The notes beneath the pieces were generated by a model that ran no database searches, was not told where the DNA came from, and saw only the letters and a program-made list of their open reading frames with translations. The translations under genes and the position numbers were made by a program. Shown here one piece after another: positions 1 to 10,151 of a stretch of DNA of 35,855 nt. The first letter of the stretch is position 1. Each line of letters begins with the position of its first letter. Source of the stretch: Candidatus Bathyarchaeota archaeon. GTDB taxonomy: Archaea; Thermoproteota; Bathyarchaeia; Bathyarchaeales; Bathyarchaeaceae. Where the stretch lies: contig CAVOMX010000021.1 in the NCBI GenBank assembly GCA_963697165.1, forward strand, positions 1-35,855, in the 5' to 3' direction.

Positions 1-164
1 AATTAATAAATAGAAACAGTATTCAAAATATAAGCCTTAACATACTGCCTACGCGCGCTAGGGTGTTTAGACATTAATTTATTGCTTGCGTTATCTTCTG
101 TTAGGAAGAAGCTTTAAGCATTAAGCAAGTTTTGATAAAAACACTTTTGTGTATGTTATAAAAG

Positions 165-230
165 GTAAGTCACAACGTAAGTAAGTTACAACATAAATGA
201 ATTTGACTGAACCTCTAGAAACGTTGTGAC
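165..230. repeat. Tandem 16-bp direct repeat plus 10-bp inverted copy
   Basis: GTAAGTCACAACGTAA (165-180) and GTAAGTTACAACATAA (181-196). GTCACAACGT (169-178) is the exact reverse complement of ACGTTGTGAC (221-230). Confidence 0.6.
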
Positions 231-319
231 AAAAAGTCTTGCCTATTTTTTTGTTTCAACTTGGCATTCGTAGACTCGAACTCCCTTTTCTCTGTGCAGT
301 TTTCATGTCCAACTTCAAT

Positions 320-478
320 TCATCTTAATCTGTGCTTCTTCGTTTCGCGTCTTCTCTTTTCATCTACTGCTTGACGTATCCATTCTGAAGGCTTACCAAC
401 AGTCCTCAAATATTTAAGCTGCTCCGCGGTTAGGCGCACTCCATAGTGGAGTTTCCGGTCACTCATGGATTCCACCAT
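320..478 (-). CDS. Small putative ribbon-helix-helix (CopG/Arc-like) DNA-binding protein, 52 aa
   Basis: Manual translation MVESMSDRKLHYGVRLTAEQLKYLRTVGKPSEWIRQAVDEKRRRETKKHRLR*. The beta-strand (HYGVRL), helix A and G-x-x-S-E-W-I-R-x-A-V helix B pattern fits RHH. Below the ORF-track cutoff. Confidence 0.55.
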   Translation of the reverse strand: MVESMSDRKLHYGVRLTAEQLKYLRTVGKPSEWIRQAVDEKRRRETKKHRLR

Positions 479-688
479 TCTAATCGATATTGAAAATAAA
501 GAAAAGCTTTATGAAATCAATATATTGACTTATAATACAGCCATTTCTTAACAGGAAATTGCCAGCTAAAGCCCTTCGAAGCTACAGGTTGATGCTGCGG
601 TTTTGCGTGTGAAGAAATATAAATAAGTGACGCAATGCTCAGAAAGCAACAAAATGCCCTTAAGAAATGTTTGGGAGGAAAACGGGCG

Positions 689-2032
689 ATGGAAAATGAC
701 TTCTTGAAATTAGCTCTCGGGTTAATTGAGTCCAGCGAAGACCATGAACGTTACCGGGGAGAAGATTGCATAAATCTGATTGCAAGCGAGGGACTCAAAT
801 CTCCGGCAGTTAGTGAAATGCTAAGCTTGTCACAGGACTTGGAATCCAGATACGCTGAAGGAGAAAATAACCTTGAGGGTCATGTTAAAGCACGGCACTA
901 TCAAGGTCAAAAATACATTACAAAAATCGAGAATTACGCAACAGATTTGATGAAAAACCTGTTCGGATGCACTTGGGCTGACGTTAGACTCGTTTCAGGT
1001 ACCCACGCAAATCTTGCCACCTTCAAAGGCATCTCTTTGGCAACAAAAAATAACCGGATGGTAGTCTTGCCCCTCAGCGCTGGGGCTCATATAACTCATG
1101 ACTACTCTGGACTAGCCGGCAAGGTCTTGGGGCTAGAAACCATCAATCATGCTTACAATATAGATGAATTGAACATTGACCCAGAAAAGTCTGCAACTAT
1201 AATCGACGCAGCTAGACCCGGCATAGTGACTTTCGGAGGCAGTGTCTTCCCATTTCCCCATCCAGTTAAAGAACTGGCAAATGTTGCTAAAGAAACGGGC
1301 GCCTATGTTGTTTATGATGCAGCTCATGTCTTGGGCTTGATTGCGGGTGGAGAGTTTCAGGATCCCTTCGGGGAGGGCGTGGATTTCATAACTGCGTCAA
1401 CTCACAAAACTTTTCCAGGACCTCAAGGTGGAGTTATCCTCGCAAATTGTGAAGATGAGCGGATGAAGAAGGCAATCAAGAAGGTGCAGCATGCGGTGTT
1501 CCCATTAAGCGCCTCGAACACTCATCTTGGTCGGCTTCCTGCCTTGGGCTTAGCCGCATTGGAACTGAAACTGTATGGTAAGGAGTTGGCTAAGCAGACA
1601 ATTAAGAATGCTCAGACCGCGGGCAAGTGCCTGTTCGAGAATGGGGTGAAGGTTTTGGGAAGAAAGAATGGGTTTACTTGTTCCCATCAGATCACTGTTG
1701 ACGTTAGGGAATATGGTGGCGGACAGAAGCTTGCGTTTAGTCTTGAGGATGCTCACATTATTTTGAACAAGAATCTTTTGCCATACGACAATCAGCATAA
1801 CCATGGTGACCCGTCGGGTCTCAGAATAGGTTTCCAAGACGTAACCCGGAGAGGCTTCAAAGAAAAAGACATAGAGTGCCTGTGTTCTTTGATGTTGGAT
1901 GTCGTGAAGGGCAAGAGGACCCCCACCGAAGTACGAAAGGATATCATCAAATTGAGGCAGAGCTTCAATGAAATTAAATACGGTTTCAAAAGCGTCAACG
2001 AAGCAAAAGAATACCTCATGAAATATGTTTAA
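689..2032 (+). CDS. glyA: Serine hydroxymethyltransferase (archaeal type)
   Basis: INLIASE, YAEG, YDAAHVLGLIAG, STHKTFPGPQGG (PLP Lys), NKNLLP, SGLRIG motifs. Start set at ATG 689 after GGAGG; the ORF track begins at 635. Confidence 0.95.
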   Translation: MENDFLKLALGLIESSEDHERYRGEDCINLIASEGLKSPAVSEMLSLSQDLESRYAEGENNLEGHVKARHYQGQKYITKIENYATDLMKNLFGCTWADVRLVSGTHANLATFKGISLATKNNRMVVLPLSAGAHITHDYSGLAGKVLGLETINHAYNIDELNIDPEKSATIIDAARPGIVTFGGSVFPFPHPVKELANVAKETGAYVVYDAAHVLGLIAGGEFQDPFGEGVDFITASTHKTFPGPQGGVILANCEDERMKKAIKKVQHAVFPLSASNTHLGRLPALGLAALELKLYGKELAKQTIKNAQTAGKCLFENGVKVLGRKNGFTCSHQITVDVREYGGGQKLAFSLEDAHIILNKNLLPYDNQHNHGDPSGLRIGFQDVTRRGFKEKDIECLCSLMLDVVKGKRTPTEVRKDIIKLRQSFNEIKYGFKSVNEAKEYLMKYV

Positions 2033-2095
2033 GCATTCAAGACGTATGGGCATAGGTGTACTTTGAAGTCGTCTTTTGTATCCATTTTTTCTCTA

Positions 2096-2112
2096 CGATA
2101 ATTTTTTATATA
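2096..2112 (+). promoter_or_regulatory. Putative archaeal BRE/TATA promoter of the aspartokinase-aromatic operon
   Basis: CGATAATTT followed by TTTATATA (2105-2112), implying a TSS near 2136. Confidence 0.55.
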
Positions 2113-2149
2113 AGAAGGGGGTTTTGTGTCAATCAAGGAAACTGGGTCT

Positions 2150-2221
2150 ATGAATAGCCACTTGATGACTTCGACAACTTCTTGGCACTTCTATAGCTTT
2201 GGCTATTTCTTTTATAATTAA
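2150..2221 (+). CDS. Putative leader peptide (uORF), 23 aa, aromatic-rich
   Basis: ATG 2150 to TAA 2221 gives MNSHLMTSTTSWHFYSFGYFFYN*. Eight of the last 12 residues are W/F/Y. It lies between the TATA box and the first gene of the aromatic operon. Confidence 0.6.
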   Translation: MNSHLMTSTTSWHFYSFGYFFYN

Positions 2222-2263
2222 GCCCAGCTAGCTGAAATTTAACGTCTTTAGTTTTCTGGGCTT
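2220..2263 (+). promoter_or_regulatory. RNA hairpin directly after the leader ORF stop
   Basis: AAGCCCAG (2220-2227) pairs with CTGGGCTT (2256-2263). Inner stem AGCTGAA (2230-2236) pairs with TTTAGTT (2247-2253) using GU pairs. The hairpin ends just before ATG 2265. Confidence 0.55.
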
Positions 2264-2264
2264 C

Positions 2265-3533
2265 ATGGATGGTTTAGTTGTTATGAAACAAAATAATGAA
2301 AAAAAACCTAAAAGAATCGTGGTTAAATTTGGGGGCTCTAGCCTCGCAGATAACGAACGGATATTGAGGGCAGTTACGGCAGTTGCTGAAGAAGCAAAGA
2401 AGGGTACACAAATTGTCGTGATTGTTTCAGCTATGGGAAAAACAACTGACACGCTTTTTAATGCAGCCAAAAACAGCTCTAATGGCAGGTTGCATAAGAA
2501 AGATTTAGATGAGATTCTGGCCATGGGGGAAAGAACCAGTATCAGAATTATCGCTGCAGCATTAAAGGCGCAGGGAGTGGATTCCCGTTACGTGGACCCA
2601 CACGATCCAGAATGGCCTATCCTAACAGACGACTCGTTTTCGGACGCCAACCCAATCTTGGATACATGCTACAAACGAGCTGAACAGAATGTGCTTCCCC
2701 TTGTTGAGGCTGGCGTTATTCCCGTGATTGCGGGTTTCGTGGGCAGAACCAAAGACAATCGAGTAACCACATTGGGGAGAGGCGGAAGTGATACAACTGC
2801 CTTCATATTAGCGAAGGCTTTAGAGGCGGATGAGCTTATCTTAGTCACTGATGCGGAGGGAATTATGTCCGCTGACCCAAAGATTATTGGTAGTCCAAAG
2901 CGGATTCCAGAAATTGACGTGAACACTTTGGTTGGATTGGCAGACTCTGGCACAAAATTCATTCACAGAAAGGCATTAAGATACAAGGATGCGTCAATAA
3001 AAGTTAGGGTAATCAAACACAGTCACGGCGATCTGAACGCGGAGGGCACTCTGATTGTTGGAGCGCTCTCAAACGACTTGAATGTTGAATTGACAAGTCC
3101 GTCTCCTGCTATGTTAATCACTGTTGTAGGCAAGGGCGTCTCCGAGCAGCCTCAAGTTATAAAAGAGCTGACTGAATCAGTGAAAAATCATGCTGAGCTG
3201 CTGGGTTTATCCTTGAACTACGACTCGTTGATACTCTATACTTCAGAGAACTCGGATTCGAATCTACTCCTCGAAAAAATTCATGAAATAATACTAGCCC
3301 ATCCGGAGACATTGGCTATGTCTGTTAGAAAGCAATTGGCTTTTCTTACAGTCAAGGGTGTTGGCTTAGAGAAGACTCCGGGTCTCACAGGAAGAATATC
3401 TGAGGCTCTGAGACTGAACTCCATCAACATCTTCGGCTTGATGACAATCACGTCAAGCATTCTTCTATTTGTAGAATGGAAGGAAAAAGAGAAAGTCCTA
3501 AACTTAGTTAGAGACGCATTAGAAGGTGACTAA
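2265..3533 (+). CDS. lysC: Aspartate kinase
   Basis: VVKFGGSSLA, VSAMGKTTD, TTLGRGGSDTTA, TDAEGIMSADPK motifs and C-terminal ACT-like region. Start is 2265 or 2283. Confidence 0.93.
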   Translation: MDGLVVMKQNNEKKPKRIVVKFGGSSLADNERILRAVTAVAEEAKKGTQIVVIVSAMGKTTDTLFNAAKNSSNGRLHKKDLDEILAMGERTSIRIIAAALKAQGVDSRYVDPHDPEWPILTDDSFSDANPILDTCYKRAEQNVLPLVEAGVIPVIAGFVGRTKDNRVTTLGRGGSDTTAFILAKALEADELILVTDAEGIMSADPKIIGSPKRIPEIDVNTLVGLADSGTKFIHRKALRYKDASIKVRVIKHSHGDLNAEGTLIVGALSNDLNVELTSPSPAMLITVVGKGVSEQPQVIKELTESVKNHAELLGLSLNYDSLILYTSENSDSNLLLEKIHEIILAHPETLAMSVRKQLAFLTVKGVGLEKTPGLTGRISEALRLNSINIFGLMTITSSILLFVEWKEKEKVLNLVRDALEGD

Positions 3534-3535
3534 AA

Positions 3536-4573
3536 ATGTTGAAAGCAGCTGTATTAGGAGCAACAGGCAACGTCGGACAAATCTTCGTCCAACTGCTAGA
3601 GGGGCACCCCTGGTTCGAAGTTTCAACGGTTGCAGCCTCAGAAAGAAGCACAGGAAGAACATACAATGAAGCGTCCAGATGGCGACAATCAACACCAGTT
3701 CCCGAAGCTGTCGCCCAAATGGAAGTTGTAGACATCGACCCACGAGCAGTTAAGGATGTTGACATTGTCTTCTCAGCGTTACCATCTGACGTAGCGGGAA
3801 ATGTAGAGGAAGCATTCGCCATGGCAGGATATGTTGTGGTTAGCAACGCCTCTGCCCATCGAATGGACACTGACGTTCCCATGCTGAACCCTGAAATAAA
3901 CTGCAGCCACGTCAGCCTCATAGAAGAACAGCGCAGAAAAAGAAAGTGGGACGGAGCAATCGTAACAAACCCCAACTGCAGCACAACCGTTCTAACATTG
4001 CCCCTAAAGCCAATCTATGACGAGTTTGGCATCAACAGCCTCATAGTATCTACGATGCAGGCAATCTCAGGCGCTGGATATCCAGGTGTTGCCTCCCTTG
4101 ACATAGTGGACAACGTTATTCCATATATCGGAGGAGAAGAGGCAAAGATGGAAACCGAAACACAGAAGATTTTGGGCACTGCCTCAAAACCTGCGGACTT
4201 TAAGGTTTCATCTAGTTGTCACAGAGTTGCAACGATTGATGGTCACATGGAAGCGGTATTCGTAGAGACGAAAAAGAAGGCGGAGCCTAATGCTGTAGCT
4301 GAGGCTATGGAAAACTTTGTTGGGGAACCTCAAAAGCTGAAGCTTCCGTCAGCCCCCGAAAAGCCAGTTATTGTTACGTGGGAGAATGATCGTCCGCAAA
4401 CTCGATTGGACAGGATGGAGGGCAATGGCATGAGCACTGTAGTTGGTAGAATCAGAAAGGATCCAGTGTTAGATGGGGTGAAATTTATTGCTCTGGGACA
4501 TAATACCATACGGGGAGCTGCTGGCTGTGGCATCCTTAACGCGGAATACTTGAAAATGAAAAAGTTCATCTAA
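3536..4573 (+). CDS. asd: Aspartate-semialdehyde dehydrogenase (archaeal/fungal type)
   Basis: LGATGNVG, NPNCST (catalytic Cys), QAISGAGYPG, GHNTIRGAAG. Confidence 0.96.
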   Translation: MLKAAVLGATGNVGQIFVQLLEGHPWFEVSTVAASERSTGRTYNEASRWRQSTPVPEAVAQMEVVDIDPRAVKDVDIVFSALPSDVAGNVEEAFAMAGYVVVSNASAHRMDTDVPMLNPEINCSHVSLIEEQRRKRKWDGAIVTNPNCSTTVLTLPLKPIYDEFGINSLIVSTMQAISGAGYPGVASLDIVDNVIPYIGGEEAKMETETQKILGTASKPADFKVSSSCHRVATIDGHMEAVFVETKKKAEPNAVAEAMENFVGEPQKLKLPSAPEKPVIVTWENDRPQTRLDRMEGNGMSTVVGRIRKDPVLDGVKFIALGHNTIRGAAGCGILNAEYLKMKKFI

Positions 4574-4588
4574 AGGAGATAGAAACTT

Positions 4589-5381
4589 TTGGAATCCGGT
4601 AAAAAAAGACGGTTAAGACGAATCTTCCGAAGCGACAACAGAACAGTAATTGTTCCCATGGACCACGGCGTAACACTTGGTCCAGTTAAGGGACTAGGGA
4701 ATATGCAGAGCATCATTTACAAGCTGTTGCTTGGGGGTGTTGACGCGGTTGTCATCAACAGGGGCATAGCAAAAAGTGTTGATGCTGGAAACGCAGGATT
4801 AATTGTTCACTTGTCGGGAATTTCTGTTCATTGTCCTGACCCAAACAATAAGGTGCAAATCTGCTCTGTGGATGATGCTGTCCGATTGGGGGCTGATGGT
4901 GTTTCAGTGCACATTAATGTGGGTGCTAAACAGGAAGCCCAGATGCTCTCGACGTTTGGTAAGGTAGCCTGTGAATGCGACGATTACGGCATGCCACTTC
5001 TGGCTATGATGTATCCTCGAGGACCAAACATAAAAGATTCACATGCAGTGGATTTGGTTGCTCACGCTGCTCGTTTAGGCGCAGAGTTAGGAGCAGACAT
5101 CGTCAAAACAAACTACACTGGCGATGTTGAATCATTCAAAGAGGTTATCAGCAGTTGCCATGTTCCAGTTATTATTGCTGGTGGACCAAAAATGGAGACA
5201 AGCAGTGATGTCCTTGCAGATGGTAAAGGATTCCATAACTGCTGGAGGGGCAGGTCTTTCCATAGGACGAAACGTGTTTCAGCACGAAGACCCAGCCAAG
5301 ATAGTCATGGCTCTCTCAGCTATTGTCCATTCTGAGGCGTCAGTCGCTGAAGCCCTGAAGATTCTTGGTGAATCCAAATGA
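4589..5381 (+). CDS. aroA': 2-amino-3,7-dideoxy-D-threo-hept-6-ulosonate (ADH) synthase, DhnA-type aldolase; frameshift near 5212
   Basis: [28 protein letters not shown]. The C-terminus ([14 protein letters not shown]) is in the next frame (ORF 5124..5381). Adjacent to DHQ synthase II. Confidence 0.88.
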
Positions 5382-6448
5382 AGGAACTTTGGCTCGAAAT
5401 AGACCATTCCCTTCCTGAAACCCCGAAAACTAAATTGCTAAAGTCTGCGGCTCAGACCTGCGATGCCGTGCTCGTTGATGTAAAGGACATAGAGAAAGCC
5501 AAAAATTCTGGAATTAAATCTGCCTCAACTTCTCCGGAGGCTGACATCACCGTTCTTTCTGTGTTTGACTCTGAGAAACTGAAGGCGTTGAAGGCTAAGG
5601 GCAGAATTGTCGCTGTGAAAATAATCATTGAAGGAAAACAGGATGAGGAGACTGCAATAGCCGCGGCTGAGCTTTCATGCGATTACGTTATTGTTGGCAC
5701 TCCAGACTGGAAAATTATTCCCTTAGAAAACCTCATCGCCAAGACCAGAGGAAAAACCAAGCTGCTTGCAGAAGTCTCCAGCACAAAAGAGGCGAAGGTT
5801 GCCTTGGAAACTTTGGAACTTGGATCAGACGGTGTGGTCCTGAAGACAGCTAGCCTCGAAGAACTCAAACAGACAGCAGAGTTTGCCAAGAAGGACGCTC
5901 TTGCGCTTGAGTTGGTTGCTGTTGAGGTTGTTGAGTTGAAGGAGATTGGAACAGGCGCCCGAGCCTGCATCGACACGTGTGACCTTATGAAGCCTGGAGA
6001 GGGTATTCTTTTGGGTTGCCAGTCTTCTGGGCTGTTTCTGGTTCAGGCTGAGGTTCATGAAAGCCCATACGTGGAAACCCGTCCCTTCCGTGTAAACGCT
6101 GGTCCTCTTTCGTTGTATGCTCTCACGTCCCCCGCTAGGACTAGATACTTGTCTGAGCTAAAGTCTGGGGAAGAGGTTCTTATTGTGGACCGGCAAGGAA
6201 ACGTCCGGTTAACTAATGTTGCCCGTGCTAAGATTGAGTGGCGACCAATGCTTCTCATCGAGGCAGAATACGGCGGCAAAACGTTGAAGTTGATTGCCCA
6301 GAACGCCGAAACAATACGGGTTGTGACTCCCGGAGGCTCCAAGGCAGTAACTGACCTAAAGAAGGGCGACAAGATTCTGGCTCGCGTGGAAGCGGGCGGC
6401 AGGCACTTCGGAACATTAGTGAAAGAAGAAGCAGTGATAGAGCGTTGA
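5378..6448 (+). CDS. aroB': 3-dehydroquinate synthase II
   Basis: [47 protein letters not shown]. Confidence 0.93.
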   Translation: MKELWLEIDHSLPETPKTKLLKSAAQTCDAVLVDVKDIEKAKNSGIKSASTSPEADITVLSVFDSEKLKALKAKGRIVAVKIIIEGKQDEETAIAAAELSCDYVIVGTPDWKIIPLENLIAKTRGKTKLLAEVSSTKEAKVALETLELGSDGVVLKTASLEELKQTAEFAKKDALALELVAVEVVELKEIGTGARACIDTCDLMKPGEGILLGCQSSGLFLVQAEVHESPYVETRPFRVNAGPLSLYALTSPARTRYLSELKSGEEVLIVDRQGNVRLTNVARAKIEWRPMLLIEAEYGGKTLKLIAQNAETIRVVTPGGSKAVTDLKKGDKILARVEAGGRHFGTLVKEEAVIER

Positions 6449-7128
6449 TCATAAAAATCTGCGTTGCAGTTCCTCCCAAGACAATTGATGAAGCCTTTGA
6501 GTTAATACGAAAAGCGGAGGCAGAGCACCCGGACCTCATTGAAGTAAGACTAGACAGCCTAAAAAACCATGACCAAATAGCAGATATTCCATCATGCAGC
6601 AAGACTCCCCTGATAGCTACAAACAAATCAACCGAAAAGCATGGCAATTTTTCTGAAAGCGAAACTGAACGCCAAAAAATTTTGGTCGATGCCGCGAGAA
6701 ACGGCTTCGAATACGTGGACGTAGACTTGGGCACACCCAACCAAACGAAGTTAATCCGTAATCTGCATGAAGCTGGAGCAAAAGTTATCGTTTCGTTTCA
6801 TGATTTTGAACAGACCCCTCCGTTGTCAAAACTGGTTAAGGTTCTCGATGAGGAAGTTGCTTTGGGTGCTGATGTCTGCAAGATCATAACCACAGCCAGA
6901 ACTGTAGAAGATAATCTGATTACATTAGATTTTGTTTCAGAGGCTTCCAAGAAAGCCAAGATAGTCTGCTTTGCCATGGGAGAATTAGGTAAGCACTCTA
7001 GGTTGGTGTCTCCTGTTTTTGGTGCTTTCTTCACTTTTGCATCTCTTGACGAAAAAAGAAAAACGGCAAAAGGACAATTAACCATACAAGAAATGAAAAG
7101 TGCATACGAGGCTCTGGGGCTAAAATAA
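6445..7128 (+). CDS. aroD: Type I 3-dehydroquinate dehydratase
   Basis: EVRLD, SFHDFEQTP, ADVCKI, FAMGELGKHSR, GQL. Confidence 0.92.
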   Translation: MIIKICVAVPPKTIDEAFELIRKAEAEHPDLIEVRLDSLKNHDQIADIPSCSKTPLIATNKSTEKHGNFSESETERQKILVDAARNGFEYVDVDLGTPNQTKLIRNLHEAGAKVIVSFHDFEQTPPLSKLVKVLDEEVALGADVCKIITTARTVEDNLITLDFVSEASKKAKIVCFAMGELGKHSRLVSPVFGAFFTFASLDEKRKTAKGQLTIQEMKSAYEALGLK

Positions 7129-7129
7129 G

Positions 7130-8000
7130 ATGGGAATCTCCGGAAAAACTAAGGTTTGTGCAATCATCGGCGACCCAGTAGAGCACTCCCTAAGTCCCAT
7201 AATACACAATGCTGCATTCAAAGAATTGGGGCTTAACCTAGTTTACGTGGCTTTCACAGTAACAACACGAGAATTGCAGACCGCAATTTTGGGCGCAAAA
7301 AGTTTAGGCCTTTGGGGATTAAACGTGACCATGCCCCACAAAAACGCTGTCATGAACTACCTAGATGAGGTGGACTCCACGGCAAAGTCTATCGGCGCAG
7401 TAAACACTGTACTCAATAACAACGGAAGGCTGATTGGATACAACACAGACGGAAACGGCACCATGATTGCCCTACAAGAAAACGGCGTGTACCTCGAAGG
7501 AAAAGAAGTTGGTTCTTATCGGAGCTGGAGGCACAGCAAAAGCCATAGCCTATCAGGCAGCCCAAGATGTAGAGGAGCTTGTTATCCTCAATAGAACTCC
7601 CGAGAAGGCAAAAAAATTAGCTGAAATGCTAAAGAAGAGTTTTGGCAAAAACGTGAAGGGCGCTGCTCTCTCGTCCGAAGTTCTGGAGGAGGAACTGGAA
7701 ACCACAGATATTCTGGTTAATGCCACATCCGTGGGCATGGATCCAGACGTTAACAGTAGCCCAGTTCCGTCGAGTTTGCTGAGGCGTGATTTGTGCGTAA
7801 TGGATATAGTCTACAATCCCCTAGAAACAAGGCTTGCAGCAGACGCAAAATCTGTTGGCGCCAAGGTTGTTTCGGGCATTGAAATGCTTATTTATCAGGG
7901 AGCCGTCGCCTTCGAAATCTGGACTAACTGCCTTGCTCCAGTTGAAGTGATGAGGAAGGCAGCATTGAACGAACTTGAAAAACAGGGTGTTCACTATTGA
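7130..8000 (+). CDS. aroE: Shikimate dehydrogenase; frameshift near 7500
   Basis: GDPVEHSLSP, NVTMPHK, GAVNT, GYNTDG in ORF 7130..7594. GAGG, VNATSVGM, DIVYNP in ORF 7467..8000. Extra A in GGAAAAGAAG. Confidence 0.92.
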
Positions 8001-8870
8001 CTAGAAAAGCTGAAGCGATATCTCACGGAGCGGCTACGATAATTAATGCGATAGCAACTGGCAATGGAGCCGCCATCGGAGTGGACCTTTGGACAAAAGC
8101 TGTCGTAGCCCTCACAGACGAAGCAGGACATGTGGATGTTACTATTCGTTCTGACTCTTCAGAGAATCCTGCTTTGGCACAAAAAACCGTTGAACGCATC
8201 CTCAAACACTTCGGTTTAGAACAGCAGTTTGGCGCCAAAATAGAAACCACATCAAACATTCCCGTAGCAAGGGGACTAAAGAGCAGCAGCGCAGCAGCGA
8301 ATGCCATAGCATTGGCGACAACAGCCGCCCTAGAACATAGCTTGGATGATGTTTCAGTGGTGAAGCTGGGCGTTGACGGTGCATTAGACGCTAAGGTTAC
8401 AATAACTGGAGCCTTCGACGATGCCTGTGCCTCATATTTTGGCGGAATCGTAATCACCGATAACATGGAACGAGCAATCATCAAGCGCTTCGAGCCAACT
8501 GAAGCACTTGCCGTTCTGTTTTATGTTCCAGCAGAAAAAACCTATACTATATGTTCGGATGTGAAGCGAATGAAGGGCATGGCCTCCGCCGTTAAGATAG
8601 CCTACAAAGAAGCCCTGAATGGTAACTACTGGGCAGCCCTAACCCTGAACGGTTTAATCTACTCTTCAGCACTAGGATACGATTCATCCCCCGCTGTAGA
8701 TGCTCTCATAACAGGAGCAGTAGCTGCTGGGTTGTCTGGAACTGGACCCGCTGTTTCCGCCATCGTTCCTGAAGACAAGATAGAACTTGTGAAAGGATGT
8801 TTGGCGTAAGCGTGAGGGAGAAATCTTGGATGCTCATATTAATCTTGAGAAAGCTAAGGTGATGGGCTAA
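7997..8870 (+). CDS. aroK: Archaeal (GHMP-family) shikimate kinase; probable frameshift near 8792
   Basis: GAATIINAIATG, GLKSSSAAA, TGAFDDACAS, GLSGTGP. Removing one A at GTGAAAGG extends the protein with DVWRKREGEILDAHINLEKAKVMG* to 8870, abutting aroA. Confidence 0.9.
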
Positions 8871-8873
8871 ACA

Positions 8874-10151
8874 ATGCATGTTACAGTCAAGAACACTGAT
8901 CATCTGGAGGGCGTAGTCTCGGCTCCTCCCTCAAAAGCTTACACTCACAGGATGCTAATAGCCGCATCATTGTCGAATGGAACCTCAAAAATCTTTGATC
9001 CACTCATTTCTGATGACACACAAGCGACCCTAGAGGCAGCAAAGGCATTTGGAGCCAAAACAGAAATACATGAAAAATACTGGACTATACATGGACAAGA
9101 AACACTCAAGACGCCTGACCATCCCATAGACTGCAGAGAGTCGGGTTCAACTCTTCGTTTCACGATTCCACTTTCAGCCCTTGCCTCTGGCTCTTCAACA
9201 TTTCTTTTTGGGGCATCATTTGAGCGAAGACCTGTAGCGCCACTTCTTGAGAGCCTCAAGGAACTAGGAGTCGAATCTACTGTTCAAAGAAACGGTTCAT
9301 CTGTTATTGTTCATGGAGGCGGAATCAGGGGAGGAAAAACTTCGATAAGGGGCGACATAAGTTCACAGTTCATTTCTGGACTACTTTTTGCTTGTCCAAA
9401 GGCAAAAGAAGACACAGAAATTGTGGTCACAACTAATCTGGAGTCTAAGGGCTACGTTGAAATGACACTTGAAGTTCTGGTTAAGCATGGACTCGAAGGA
9501 GCTGTAAACCCTAATCTTTCTCACATGTGGATTCCTGCAACTCAAAGCTATCGTCCATGCGATCATACTGTTCCGGGAGACTTTTCGTCTGCAGCCTTTC
9601 TATTGGCAGCTGCTGCGGTTACTTCATCGCGGGTAACAGTGAAGAATCTTGAGTATCTAACGGCTCAGGGCGACAAAGCAATATTGGGCATACTTGAGGA
9701 GATGGGTACATCAGTTAACATAGGAGATGATTCTGTGGAGGTTAAAGGCGGGCAACTTGTTGGGATTGATATTGACGCAAAGGATATTCCAGATTTGGTT
9801 CCTGTTTGCGCTGTTCTTGGCTGTTACGCTGAGGGGCGTTCGGAGATATATAATGCGAAGCGGCTTAGGTACAAAGAATCAGATAGGCTCGATTCGATAT
9901 GCACTGAATTGAAGAAGATGGGGGCGGATATTGTCGTGAACGAGGATGGATTAGCCATAAACGGTTCACCTGGTTTGAATGGGGTAACTATTGATCCCCA
10001 TAATGACCACAGGATCGCTATGTCCTGTGCCGTGGCTGCTCTTGGAGCCGTTGGCGAAACGAAGATTCAAAACGTTGAATGTATAAATAAGTCGTATCCG
10101 CAGTTCTTCAGTGATCTGCGTGTGTTAGGAGCTAATGTCGTTGGTATCTAA
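8874..10151 (+). CDS. aroA: EPSP synthase (3-phosphoshikimate 1-carboxyvinyltransferase)
   Basis: PPSKAYTHR, ESGSTLR, SSQFISGLL, LRYKESDR, DHRIAMS, KSYPQF. Confidence 0.96.
   Translation: MHVTVKNTDHLEGVVSAPPSKAYTHRMLIAASLSNGTSKIFDPLISDDTQATLEAAKAFGAKTEIHEKYWTIHGQETLKTPDHPIDCRESGSTLRFTIPLSALASGSSTFLFGASFERRPVAPLLESLKELGVESTVQRNGSSVIVHGGGIRGGKTSIRGDISSQFISGLLFACPKAKEDTEIVVTTNLESKGYVEMTLEVLVKHGLEGAVNPNLSHMWIPATQSYRPCDHTVPGDFSSAAFLLAAAAVTSSRVTVKNLEYLTAQGDKAILGILEEMGTSVNIGDDSVEVKGGQLVGIDIDAKDIPDLVPVCAVLGCYAEGRSEIYNAKRLRYKESDRLDSICTELKKMGADIVVNEDGLAINGSPGLNGVTIDPHNDHRIAMSCAVAALGAVGETKIQNVECINKSYPQFFSDLRVLGANVVGI

Noticed and set aside
540..690. Riboswitch (ZTP/THF/fluoride-like) upstream of glyA
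   Set aside because: I could not match the consensus elements of these families by eye; an Rfam/Infernal scan would be needed.
2265..4573. lysC/asd as evidence for the DAP lysine pathway
   Set aside because: No dap genes in the window, an AAA route is present, and aspartate semialdehyde feeds the adjacent ADH synthase.
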